This document shows positions 50,586 through 63,048 of a stretch of 64,000 bases of DNA, piece after piece. Location: the NCBI GenBank assembly GCA_964234715.1, contig OZ174286.1; one strand, written 5' to 3'. Within the stretch, counting starts at the first letter, position 1, and each line of letters opens with the position of its first letter. The translations under genes were made by a program, and so were the position numbers. Origin of the DNA: Podarcis melisellensis. Lineage: Eukaryota. Under the pieces are notes generated by a model. That model saw nothing but the letters and a program-made list of their open reading frames with translations, did no database searches and was not told where the DNA came from.

Positions 50586-51308
50586 TGTAGACACATCAGA
50601 AAATACTTTGCTTCGCAGAGAGAATATATTTATGCAAAAAGCCCAAAGTACTGAATAAATATATCCCCCCCCCGGTTTTTTCTATGCCTGTGGGGAAATT
50701 CTCACAATGATGCTGTTTGAAATAACAAGCTTCGTATCGTGAATGCAGCCCCTATTTTGGTTGTAATTTAACAAGCACAAGGGGGTCCGTTGGCATTTTC
50801 TTACCTATCAAGCATTTTCTGAACATTTTTAAAGGGCTTGTTATAATTACCTCTCTACCACAACTCTCTCCCCGACACCTAAGCATACAAAGGTTAAGTT
50901 AATATGATCTCCCAACGACTCTAGCTAGGGGGAAAGAAATCAGTTTCAGTAAGTGCAATTCAGCTGGGATTTAATGTACCAACTATAGGATTAAAAATAA
51001 AACCCATCATATTGGAATAAGAATGATGGATGTTTGCTTCCACCACATCCTAATTTAATGAGGGATAAGGGGCGGGCAAGGGGATGCTTTATTATTGGCA
51101 GACATTATCATAGCCTTCATTAGATGAAAGGACAAATTAAAGCTTATCAAAGGCTCCTCAATGAGGTTATCATTAATGGCAGTGAGCATCACTCCACTTC
51201 CAATTGTCCCCTAAAATGTGCAAACACAGGGAAGCACCAGGTCTGACCAAAGGCACAACCTCTTCATTCCCAATACTAGAACCCAGTAGGGCAGGTCTGC
51301 TAAAACAC

Positions 51309-51387
51309 GAGCGAGTGAGTGAGTGAGTGAGTGAGTGAGTATATCTACCAGTGGGTTGTCCCAACAGCCTTAAATAGGTAACACTAC

Positions 51388-51460
<73 letters not shown>
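51309..51460. repeat. (GAGT)n and compound (GT)n(GA)n microsatellites
   Basis: Directly visible at about 51309-51340 and 51390-51460. Confidence 0.93.
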
Positions 51461-51461
<1 letters not shown>

Positions 51462-51621
51462 ACTGATAGACCAGATGTCAAGGAAGCCATAGATTCATAG
51501 CTATGGGAAAGAATTTGACAGCTGCGGTTGTGCTACAGTGAGTGAGAAAAGTTACACCTATATAAACTCACTTTTCTTACATGGTTTCTGCGAACCACCT
51601 TGAGACCTCCAAGTATAGGGC

Positions 51622-51622
<1 letters not shown>

Positions 51623-51659
<37 letters not shown>
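51623..51659. repeat. (GT)n microsatellite
   Basis: Directly visible. Confidence 0.96.
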
Positions 51660-51663
<4 letters not shown>

Positions 51664-51739
51664 CACACCATTAAGTTACTGTTCTTCTTTTTATCTGGTC
51701 AACCAAAAGAGGGGAGAAAGATGGATATAAAGAGTCAAT

Positions 51740-52065
51740 CAGGGGCGCCAGCTCCTGGGGGCAAGCCTCCCCCCCAAAAAATATTTGGGGTACCCAAAAA
51801 GCATAGAAACAAAGCGCAGAGCCAAGTGTGGTGGCAGCGTCAGTGGCTGGCTCCTGCTCCCGCTATGGAGGGGAAGAGGGACTGAAGCAGCTTTCCACTT
51901 GTGGTGGTATCAGGAGGAGGAGGAGGAGGAGCCGGCCACTGAAGCCATGTGGCTGCCACGTTCTGCTCCAACACCGGCTCCTTCCAACATCCTGACATCA
52001 TGCACGTCACATCAGGACATGTGACACTGCCCCCCTCCAATCACCCTCTCAAGCTCATGCCTCTG
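51740..52065. mobile_element. non-autonomous hAT DNA transposon
   Basis: Imperfect TIRs caggggcgccagct / agctcatgcctctg; perfect 8-bp TSD gagtcaat at 51732-51739 and 52066-52073. Confidence 0.85.
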
Positions 52066-55026
52066 GAGTCAATATATTAAGGCAACTAAAACCACTTCCC
52101 AAAATGTTTTAGAACACACTAGTGTTTGACCAAACCATCAAAAATCTGGCACTTCTATCCATGGTGCAAAAGAGAATAAACTGGCTCCCTCTTTCACCTT
52201 CTAGCTGTAGGGCTTCTACCCTCCCAAATTTGCTCCAAATTCCCAGATAATACCCAAGACAGCCTTGCCACTTTTGCAGCTTGCAAAAAGTCATGAAAGC
52301 TGGGTGGCCATTTTGGTTCAGCACTGGAACACACAGCTGTTCAGTGATAAATATGTAGGTGTCTCTCACTGCTTATATAGAAACTGCTCCCTGGATGTAG
52401 AAAGTTTTAAAACTAGCAGCACAGCAAACAGTGTCGCTAAAGAGTGGGAAGAAATGTACTATCCCAGCTCAGGAAAATCAAGTGGTTCTCATTAGATACA
52501 AAAGCACTTCTAATTAAGGATTGTCTTGTTTTCTGTTTAATTTTAATGTGGTGATGTGCGAGGGATTATTTAACAGCAGATACCCACCCTCCATCAAGTG
52601 CAACATTTCTACAGCAATGTTTCAAAACAGACTGATTTTTTAAAATTGCTTTCTCTGGAACAATAAGCGTGTTGGGGGGTGCAGAGTCATAAAGATTCAA
52701 TTGTCTTCAGAGACTAATTAAAATTTGGAAAGCAAGTTAATCATTCAACTGCATATCAAAGTTATATTCCGTCCTCCTTGTGGAGAATACTGGAACATGC
52801 ATCTATGCATACAGTTAAAACATCTGTTTTACAGAAACAGGCACAGACAAATCAATCCTAACAACAAAAGATACATAGATTTGTGTCATCTTACTTCAAC
52901 GACAGATTTTCAATCTAAATGGCGACTGGAAGCTCTAAGGTTCACAATATGTCAGTTCTGTATTTGTGTTGTTTTAATTTCTGTTCTAGATTTTAAAATT
53001 TTACTAAATCTTAATCCTTTATAATTCCTATATCAACAACAAATGTGCAAAAAAAAAGAGGTTGGGAGGGGGGAACCTGGATTAATTTTCTCTACAAGTC
53101 TAATGCAGCACTGTGTGGGTGTAACTGCTTATTACATAGATGGCATCCTGATGAGGACCAGAAAATAATTCAAACCACAAACTTATACTGACCTCTGCTG
53201 AGCATTCAGAGTATATTACATTAAGGAAGACAAAAATATTGTTAACACCGACTAGCCTTTTTAGTCCAGCTACAGCACAGCGAATATTGTTAAACATATG
53301 GGGAAACCTGCACTATATGCAGAGTTTAAGCAAGTATTTCTGTTCAAGGTATGGCTAATAATGTACAACTATGTACAAAGACAGGTTGCTTCTATATGTT
53401 TACTTACATAAGGAAGAAAGACTATCATCCGGTGCAGCTTTCCCCACTACACTTATGCAAACATTTATCTCTGGAGAGGGAAAATTGTTTCTTATCCAGG
53501 TCTTTGAACAATTCCAAGTTCCTGGCATCATTTTGAGCAAGCCACAGCTTCCCATTATATCTCAACCATTTGGTCTCTCAACCAAAATTCAAAAGCACAA
53601 TGCAAACTGAGAATGTGGCGGGGGGTGGGGGAATGGTCTTTTTTGTAGAGGAAGAAAACTTTTAAGAAACCAGAGGACAGATTCTCAGGACAGCATTAGT
53701 GCTTACAGAAGGCATTTGCTGAATGTTTTCATTTGTGACTAGCTTAATGAAATCATTGGATGTTTTTTCCAAGAGCAAATAAATAACGATATAGGCTGCA
53801 AGGCTGATTTTGCTTATAAATCTCAAGTTGTCCATCTCTGCTCAAGCCCACCCATATTGCATATTTACAGTCTTTGCAATGGAAGCAGGTCCCGACATGT
53901 CCCAAGACATGGGTTACAAAGGTTACAATTAAGATAAAATGTTATCCTTAAATCCACAATTACATGGTTTTCAAGGATGTATAAACAATGCCACATTGAG
54001 TTAAATACATTTTATGCCACCAGGTCCAGTTTATGACACAGCTCTTCCATTTCATACTATCTGGAATTTTAAATAAAGCTTATATAATTCTCTTGCCAGT
54101 TTCTTTTTTCCCTATTGAGAAAAACCTACATAAGAATAGAATCCTTTCTTATGCAGCATACCACTTTGTTATAAAGAATATTGATGGAGGGAATTGCATG
54201 CCAAAAGAGAGAGCGCAAAGTTTAATCATCATTTTTAGGAAAACCACCTGACTATGATTAACTTATTAGGGGCAACAATGGCTGTGATTCAGAATGCTAT
54301 AGGTGTAGCTCAAAATATTTGAAATGTTCCTTTGCAGGTGAAGTGAGTTCTCAGCATCCTTCTGTTCCAGCATAAAAGATTGACAGGGCATTCGCCACAT
54401 GTGATTCGGCTGGTCTGAGTGTTGTTGCTAGTTTTCAGAGTCTAGTGTCATGGCGCTTTTTAAAAACACCTTCTGGCTCGTAATACTGTCACATAGTCAT
54501 GTGACAAAACGTATTCTGGGCTATACTATTTCAGACTGTAAAGCGTCCATCACATATCAACCTGCACGGACCTGCATACACAAAATAAAGCTATAATGGA
54601 CAAAGAATTATACTTTTGAATTCCACAGCCAAAACTATAGATTATTATTGCACTGACTGTGTATTTAATTCAAAGTAAAAATAATGCAGGTACCAATTCT
54701 GAAAAATAGTATTTACAGCTGAAAAGGGCAATAAAAAAACCTGTCCTGTTGCCAGTCTTCATACTCGCTGGCTTCTCCTAATAGACCATACCTGGAGTAA
54801 CCAACACTTGTCGCTCCCCTCCCGGTATCTTGAACTACCATCGTCCCTGAACACTGGCCATGCTGGGCATTCCTGGACTATACCATCATACCATAATTTT
54901 TAAATTATTTTGCAATATGATTTCAGTTTTGAGAAACACTCCTAACACATTTTCCAAGCCTACCCTCCATACTGATTATAGAGCCTAATCTCTTTTTATT
55001 TAAGGGCAACAGCAAACATTGTTAAG

Positions 55027-55163
55027 CAGGAGTGAGAGGTTGTGGACCTCCAGATGTTGCTGGGCTACAAACTCCCATTATCCCTGATGACTAAGTCCTG
55101 CTGGCTGGGGCTGATGGGAGCTGGGGTTCAACAACATCTGGAGAGGCACAGGTTCCCCAAGTC
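55027..55163. mobile_element. palindromic MITE, family A copy
   Basis: ctccagatgttgctgggctacaaactccc..gggagctggggttcaacaacatctggag. Confidence 0.7.
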
Positions 55164-56857
55164 AGTTTTGAAGTGTGGTAGTTATATGTTATGAACACAT
55201 TCTCTGCATTCTGAGAAGTGTTTTCAATATAGAGAACATGTGGTCAAGTCACTTCCACATAAGATCAATGGTATCATGTGTGTCCTGATCAGTATTGCCC
55301 TTCGTAGATTCTGTTCACAAATCTGCCTTCAGCCTAGAGTTTGCTGCCATTTAGAGTGTTAGCATTCAAAATAAACCATGGGCTGTTTACTTTTTTAAAA
55401 TAAAGTCATGTGAAACTGCAATTATTTCCTGGTAATTTAAATGCATCTCCATTATCATCAGTAGAAATAATTTCAAAAGGAGGAAAAATCATTATCAAAT
55501 TTTTATCTCTTTATCTGTTTTCATATATTCAAATATATTTCCCCATTGCATCTTAAAATTAAACTGTTTCATTTTCATCTGTGTGCCCTAAGGCTTTAGA
55601 CTGCACATTAAGAAGATATTTTAATACATTGAGATGATATCCATGTTGTAGAGTCTTAATTCTTATTGAGAATGGTCATTAATATCACTTCGTACCTCAG
55701 AGAGTACGATAGCAATTTTGTAGTAAAACATAGTATTATTATCATCTTCCTAATAACATGAAAGTGTTTTAATCCTAAGGCCTTAAATGTGTAATGGTGT
55801 ATCACTTGAGACAAGAAATGTTCTGGTCATTATTTAGATAGGAACATTTCCCATGCCTCCTATACCTCATTCGGTAATTGCTGGCTCATAACATAATTAA
55901 TTTTTTCTCCTTTAAATTGCCCATGGTATTTTTAGAGATTCATTGGGGAAGAGAAGGGAGCAGGGTCTTGTGGGACAACACTATTGTTGGTTTACTTCTT
56001 TCTGGCAGAATTATTTTTAATATTTACGTTAATTCATTTATGTTTAAATACACACATAAGTCCTTCTGCAGTGATAATGCAATATCCTGGTTTATATTAA
56101 AAGAGCAAAACAAGGGCAAAGCAAAACCCAACAAAAGTCTAACAAAACAAAATAGTTTCTCAAGTGAAACTCTACTCTTCTTTAGACAAGAGGTGCTGGC
56201 ATTTCATGTCATGAAGTGAGGGGTCTTCAAGAGTTCAGTGGAACATATTAGCCTTCAAATGATTTTTTAAAGCAGAAAACTTCTGAATGAAATGGCCAAA
56301 AATTAACATATTCAGCAGCTGTCAATTTAAACAACATGGGATGAAAAGCCAATTATTAAAAGCTCAAAACTCACTGACACAGTTGAAGGTGGGATAGATA
56401 CATTGGGGGAGTACTAATCCATTTTATCACTACAACATTCCTTCAAGTTTGTGTAAGGCTAAGAGACAAATGCAAGGCTGTTGTGGAAGGATTTGAATTC
56501 AGCACCCAGTGGGAACTTGGATTAATGGGCAAATTCAAACATGGCCTGCTCTGGAAACTGCACTCCTACCAAGTTCTATGCTGTGGTCTGAGGACCACTT
56601 GTAATCCCCCCCCCCCACACACACACAAATTTCTGGCTGTTAAAAGTGGTCAAGAAGCACTTCAGCTGCTGCTCACATTGAAAATGCATCTAAAAATGGC
56701 CCCTGGGAATGACAATGCAATGTCCCCATTCAATGCATTGCTTGGGGAAAATATGCCTCCCCCATGTAGCCATGGAGGCAGCCATCTTTTTTCCCATGCA
56801 CTGTCCCTAGGATGCTTCAAGGGTCATTGCACACTGTAGGAAAGGTAATACTTTAAG

Positions 56858-56988
56858 CAGCGATGGGGAACCTGTGGCCCTAGAATTGTTGGGCTACAAC
56901 TCCCATCATCCCTGATCACAGACCATGTTGGCTAGGGCTGATGAGAGCTGAAGTCCAGCAACATCTGGAGGGCCAGTGTTTCCCTGTC
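56858..56988. mobile_element. palindromic MITE, family A copy
   Basis: cagcgatggggaacctgtggccct..caactcccatcatccc..caacatctggagggcca..ttccc. Confidence 0.7.
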
Positions 56989-59801
56989 TTTAGCTTTAAT
57001 AGAAATGTGGTGCTCAGGCCATCTTATAAATAAAGATAGATCCATCCATGTTGGATCCCTATGACATCCATACTTTCCTCTCAAATTGCTTCTGGACACT
57101 ACTTCATCCCATATGGACTTTAGGGAAGCACGGTCTCAGGTACAGGACAGTGAAGAAAGCAGTAAGATGTTACACATAAATTCAATATGCTGAAATGGGC
57201 CCTGAGAAGTAGTCTGGCTCAGTCCTAGTTTTCAGATTTGTCATCTTAGTGCTTTACAACAAAATAAGCTGGCAAAAGCCCACATGTGAGCTTCTAATAA
57301 AAAGATTTTATCAGAGGCATTTAGTAAAGCATATGGGCTATTTAAATTGCTGTTCTATTTAGGTACCTTTGTGGAGCTGGGATAAGGGAAATTTACCAAG
57401 CACAGAATTTAAGCCTTGATTTTGAACACTAAGGGCTTTGGGAGATTTAATTTTCATTATATTGTAGCTTTGTATATTTATTTTCTTCTTCGCTGTAAAT
57501 TGCAACATAAGCACTTCTACTATATTGTTCAGAGAGCTCTGTAACTATCATATGTTTCAAAAGAAATCAGAGTTAATGTTGTATTAAGGCATCTTTGTCC
57601 ACTGTGCTGAATGCTAAATTGACATTTTTAAATCAAAAAGCAAGATAATGTTTTGCATTCTAATCCAATATCACGTTCTTTATGTTTATATATAGATTTT
57701 GATTTAGAGTTTGCAAAGTAGAACAGCAATCCTCCTTTAGAAGCGAGTGCTGAAGAGCAACTTTAGAATCCTAACCGAAGTACAGAACCATTTTCTAAAC
57801 CCAGACACAGCAGTTCCTAGTGCAAAATCGGCTCTTGTTTCTGGGTTGTGTTGACCTATGGTTTTATGTTGGGCCACAGTTATTCCATCTCTGCCATAAT
57901 GGAAAAACTGGTTTTCTGTGTCTAAACAAAGTAATGTAAGACATAGAACATATCCTCTTTTTTTGTCGTTTCTAGGTTGGCTTTCAGCAGCATTTGATTG
58001 GCAAACTGCCAGGAAGGACAGTTAAATTTTATGTTAAATATCTGATAGAAAATAAAAAACCTCAAGGTGTCACAGGCAATGGCTAAATTTCTACGAGCAG
58101 CAGTGAGAACAAGTGAGCAACTCATTATCTGAAACCGGAAGAGAGATCTTCACGGACTAACTCCCTGAAGTTGTAGCTTTATATGATTGTTTTTATGTTA
58201 CAATTTTGTTATGCTCTGAGAATATTGTGTACTGCATGCTTTTTATTTTTGGTCTATTGACAGCAATTGATTGAAGTAATTTAAGAAGCAAGCACCAGTC
58301 AATCAAATGTATATAACTAGCCAGCAGACTTGTACTAAACCCAGCATAAAAAAAGTCTGGAAATGTTTGGAGAGGGGGAGAGGGAGTGAACATCTACAAA
58401 AGAAAATGAGCATCTATCAAACCCCTCCGACTCCACTCAGGGACACCAAGACATGAAAAAGCCTTCTAACATTGAGCCATCCCCTGCTTTCAAGTTACCT
58501 TTGTCAAGGTGTCCACACCCTCTGAAAAATCACAATCAGTATTCAGATATTTCACATTCCTCTTTATAAGCCTGAACTTTTGAGTGCATGATTCTTACTT
58601 GAGCTCAGTATTCCCAAAGCACTTTGAATGGGACATCAAAAAGAAACAGTGATGAGATGCCATCCATCTTTCTAGTAAGCAAAAAGGCTACACACCATCC
58701 TCGTGAGGCAATTTGTGTCAAAGCTTTATTCACAACCTGTAAAATGGCATACATCAGAAGAATCCAGAGGGGGTTGATCACAAGTAAACTGCATCCAGAC
58801 AACATAACAACTGAAAAAGTCTGAGAATTTGGCACACTTACAGCACAACAGAAGCCTGGAGGTGTGTGCCAGAGAGCTGTGAGGCTAGAAAACAGCATCC
58901 CTCAGCAGGAGAGCATCTGGATTCTGTAGTTGCCATGTTCACAGAAGAAAGCAAATAAAAAGGAATGAAAAAAGAGTGTTCTTTGAACAAAGCCAGAATT
59001 AAGTACATATTGAACTCACACTTGCAGGCCCATAGTGTCCTGGAAGTCACAACCTTCAGATCTGGAATATTTTTTCCTAATGTCTTGGTGCGGGTGGTTG
59101 ATGAGGTGAGGCATTCTGTGAAGAAACACTAATTCTCAGAATGATCCACACCTCTCATTCCTTTTCCAAATAATGATGGGAAACAGCTAAAAAAAATGCT
59201 GTCTCAACCCTCAGAATTCAGGCACTAGCTGACTTTCAAGCGGCATGAGACACTGATTTGGCCAAACCTCTTTACCACCCAAAATGGTTGAAAGTCACTA
59301 CCATAAGATGTGGCAAAAGCCAGTTAGATATGTGGATATACGTCTACACGCCAAAGCTAAATAGAACTTTCATAGACCGAGGCAGTATATCTCTGAACAA
59401 CAAGTGCTAGGGACACTTTTGGCATGATGGTAGTGAAAAACAATTCCAGCTGCACCAAACGTTAGACAGGGGGAAGGCAGAGAAAAGATAAGGAGACCTT
59501 CTTGGAGGATGGGAAGAGGAAGGAAGGAACACAACAGGGAAAAAAACCCCTCAAGAAAACAGCAAGGAAGAGCTAAGCCAAACTGCCTTGGACAAAAGCA
59601 GGAAATAGACTTGAGTTGAGGAGGGCCAAGTCTCACCTACGTCCTTCAACTTTGGGGTGCATTTGTTGCCTGTGGGCAAAAGATGGAGCCCTAGCCAACA
59701 TGATGGGCTGTCATCAACGGAGAATGAATATGCTACTGAAAAGCAAAGAAACTCTTCCTCACATAATATGCTGCTGAATTTTACCGTTTTAGAATTTAGT
59801 A

Positions 59802-60028
59802 CAGTGGTACCTCAGGTTACATACGCTTCAGGTTACAGACTCCGCTAACCCAGAAATAATGCTTCAGGTTAAGAACTTTGCTTCAGGATAAGAACAGAAA
59901 TCGTGCTCCGGTGGTGCAGCGGCAGCAGGAGGCCCTATTAGGTAAAGTGGTGCTTCAGGTTAAGAACAGTTTTCAGGTTAAGAACAGACCTCTGGAACGA
60001 ATTAAGTACTTATCCCGAGGTACCACTG
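59802..60028. mobile_element. Tigger/pogo-like MITE, copy 3
   Basis: TA|cagtggtacctcaggtta ... cgaggtaccactg|TA. Confidence 0.9.
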
Positions 60029-60568
60029 TACTTGCCAACTGTTCAAAACTCAGACAGCATAGGACACACCTGATGTCCCTGTACAATTTGCCAATTCTTG
60101 ATCAGGACCAAAAGGGCAGGTAGAAGAAAGGAGAAGGAAAGTATCTTAACTGTCCATTTATCCATCTGTTTATTTATATGCCCCCTTTCCACAAGATTGT
60201 CCCCAGAGTTGCTCACTAAACAGTAAGTCTAGAAGTAAATACAAAAAAAATCAGTTACTACAACATTGTACAAAACAATACAAATAAACTAACCTAATTT
60301 AATAGCTTAAAACTGAGGAGAGAGATAAATAAAATGGGCTTTGTACGCTAAACAAAAATATTTCCAGGATGGTATCAATATTTAGCTGATTTCTGCAGCA
60401 TATGGAGGAACCTTGCAGGCATGGCAGCTGTTGGAGTTTGTAAACACAAGTACTTGGTAGCTGTACTGGCAAACCAGTATCAATACTGATACTGATATCA
60501 ATACTGACCACTGGACTAGGGCTGTGTGTCAGTGCAAAACTAGCTTAAATTGCTGGCATGCTAATTAA

Positions 60569-60752
60569 CATGGGGAAGCAGCCTTATACCAAGTCAGGCC
60601 AAAGGTCCTTCTAGCTCAGTATAATTTATAGTGAGTGGCAGCAGCTTTCAGACAGGAGACATTCCCAGGCCTCCCTGAAAATCCCAGGGATTGAACCTGG
60701 GATTTTTGTATGCAAAGCAGATGTTCTACCACTGAGGTGCAGCTCTTTCCCC
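60569..60752 (-). mobile_element. Squam2-like SINE
   Basis: ggaagcagccttatacc..ctagctcagta..gggattgaacctggga..tgcaaagcagatgttctaccactgag. Confidence 0.72.
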
Positions 60753-61719
60753 AGAAAGGTAAGACATGTATTGTGATGGCATGGAGGCAGCCTGTTTAAA
60801 TGTGGCATTCCATCTCTTGGCATATTTTACTGATGCAATGATTGCTTGTCATAAAACAGCTCACCCATTCCTTGGAAAGATATATGTGCCTTTCAGTTTT
60901 CTTTCATATTATTGAATAATGGTCCATGCAACTGAAAGAGGAACTGTTCGACCTAAGCACAGAATTCCCAGTTTCCTGAGCTTTAGCACTCACTTTGCGC
61001 TAAATCCTCCATTCCAGATCTTTAATAAGTATCTGCCTTTAACCTATAAATTGTCTATTATAGCAACACTTCCTAAAAAAAATTTTTTTAAAGGCTTATA
61101 GAACTCCTGCTCTAGTTGAGTAAGAATCAGAACTCATTACAAAAGTAAAATCCCTTAACCTGGAAGCATTATATTATTAGTGGAATCACCAATATTATCC
61201 TATTATAAATATAGGTGCTTGCTTTGCAAAAGGAATATTCTATTGTAGTTTAAGAGATTGAACACTAGAGGTGGCTATTGGCATCACATTTAATGCAGTA
61301 TGCTGAACAGAACAGTGGACTATTTGGAGGAAATTCAAACATTTGAGTGAAACGGAGCCAGATGGGAGTGTCGGGGGGGGGTTAATATATACAGGAAAAC
61401 AAAAATAATGTTTTCTTACTCTGAGGAGAACACTCAAATGACAAACAATCAGAAGGAAGTCACATTTAAGTTTGCCAGTGCAAGCTCAATGATCTAAGTC
61501 TGCAGAACCCTCTGAAATGCCTATAAGACTTCTCATTATATAACATTTTCTATCCAGGCAGCTTCACATACTGAACTGGTTTCTCTGCTGCTGGTAAGAG
61601 AAAGGCACTTGTTTTATATATAATCGTTTTCAAACAAATTTACCAGCTGCAGTGTTAGGCATATGACTGATTTCCATGGGAAATGCTGCTACTGAAGCTA
61701 TAATTACAGAAGGAGACAT

Positions 61720-62110
61720 TTCCTGATTTCTGAAATATTTTAATTAAAGCCTGGACCCGCGACAGAGCCAACCAGCACATAAATGCAAATGTGTGTGTGC
61801 ACACACAGCATTTCCAGCACAGCGTAATTATTACCTGTCTGATAAAGCCATCACGAAGATTAATCAATGTTTTTCCTTGGTGTGAGTAATCATTTTAATC
61901 ATCATTTTAACACAATAGAAGCGATCCATCAAAATCAAAGGCGATTTGGGCTTTGTTATGCTTTCCAAAAGGGCACACTAGGTATTTCCAAATCTTTTAA
62001 CTGTAATAATTAACCATCTGGTAAAAATGACCTGTTCGTGTCTGCGTTTCATTCTTGGGTAGATTCTTCCATTAATTATGCACACACGCATTAAGAACAA
62101 CAACATGTCT
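61720..62110. promoter_or_regulatory. candidate conserved non-coding element or enhancer
   Basis: Repeat-free; 9 CpGs in about 360 bp of AT-rich DNA; octamer ATGCAAAT at 61783, TCF/LEF-type ATCAAAG at 61934, SOX-like ACAATAG, many TAAT/ATTA; conservation not tested. Confidence 0.4.
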
Positions 62111-62401
62111 GCAGGAGAATGTGTGAAATGGCCTAAGCAACTCCCTGTTGGCCTAGCCACTATCTGTTTTGAAGGCCTTGGCAATGTTTGCTGACTGGAA
62201 AACAGATGCCACATAAAAATTGCAAGAGGGCCGGGCTTATCTATGCATGAGTGCATAATGGGAAATATACTGCAACAAAACCACTTTTAATAATATTTGT
62301 AAGGACTATGATGATGATGATGATGATGATTAACCTTACAAGACACATTTTATATAAATAATACAATCTCACTTCTATTTATCTGCCACATGACTCTAAG
62401 A

Positions 62402-62643
62402 CAGAGGATGCCAACCTTTTTGCACTTGTGCACACATCTGAGAATACCACGGGCACAATCCCCTCTGGATGCTTCTGACTGCTACCCCACCCCCCGATAG
62501 GCAGACAAACAGAAAGCGAGAATAACCAGATTATCTTTTACAGCTGTGCTTGTCTTCAATACGATGAAATGAAACATACTCTGCAACACAGGGAAGTCCT
62601 CAAGAGTGCCAGCGAGCCCATGGGCACCACACTGGTGACCCAG
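62402..62643. mobile_element. hAT(Charlie)-like MITE, degenerate
   Basis: cagaggatgccaacc..ctggtgacccag; 8-bp flanks ctctaaga/ctttatga. Confidence 0.55.
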
Positions 62644-62859
62644 CTTTATGACATCTGAAGCCATGCCAATGTATCTAATAGCTTTGGTAGTTACTGTTTT
62701 AAATAATAATACTTCAAGCTTTTGTTGTTGTTGTTGTTTAGTCACACAGTTCTAGGTATTATGGCTGTGCCCCTTGATCACATGGAAAACTGTGTATCTT
62801 TTCTTCCGTTTCAAAACTGTTAATGAGATACAGCTTTCTAAACTTCAAATCTATAATAG

Positions 62860-63048
62860 AGAGCTCAAGGTGGCATGCATAGTTTCCCCCCTCTCCATTT
62901 TATCCTCACAACAACCCTTTGAAGTAGTTTAAGCTCAGAGTGAGTGACTGGCCGAAGGTCACCCAGTGAGCTTTACGGCTGAGTGGGGATTTTAATTCTG
63001 GTTTCCCAGTTCCTACTCCAACATTCTAACCAGCATATCACACTGGTT
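62860..63048 (-). mobile_element. MIR-derived (Squam3-like) SINE
   Basis: ccattttatcctcacaacaaccc..aaggtcacccagtgagcttt..gagtggggatt..ctccaacattctaacca..cacactgg. Confidence 0.78.

Noticed and set aside
53146-53170. CTGATGA-ggacca-GAAA hammerhead-like core
   Set aside because: No pairable stem II, III or I; chance match
58599-58736. Minus-strand exon-like segment (ttttacag..CAA|gtaaga, 138 nt)
   Set aside because: Stops in all three frames; could only be non-coding, and has no other support
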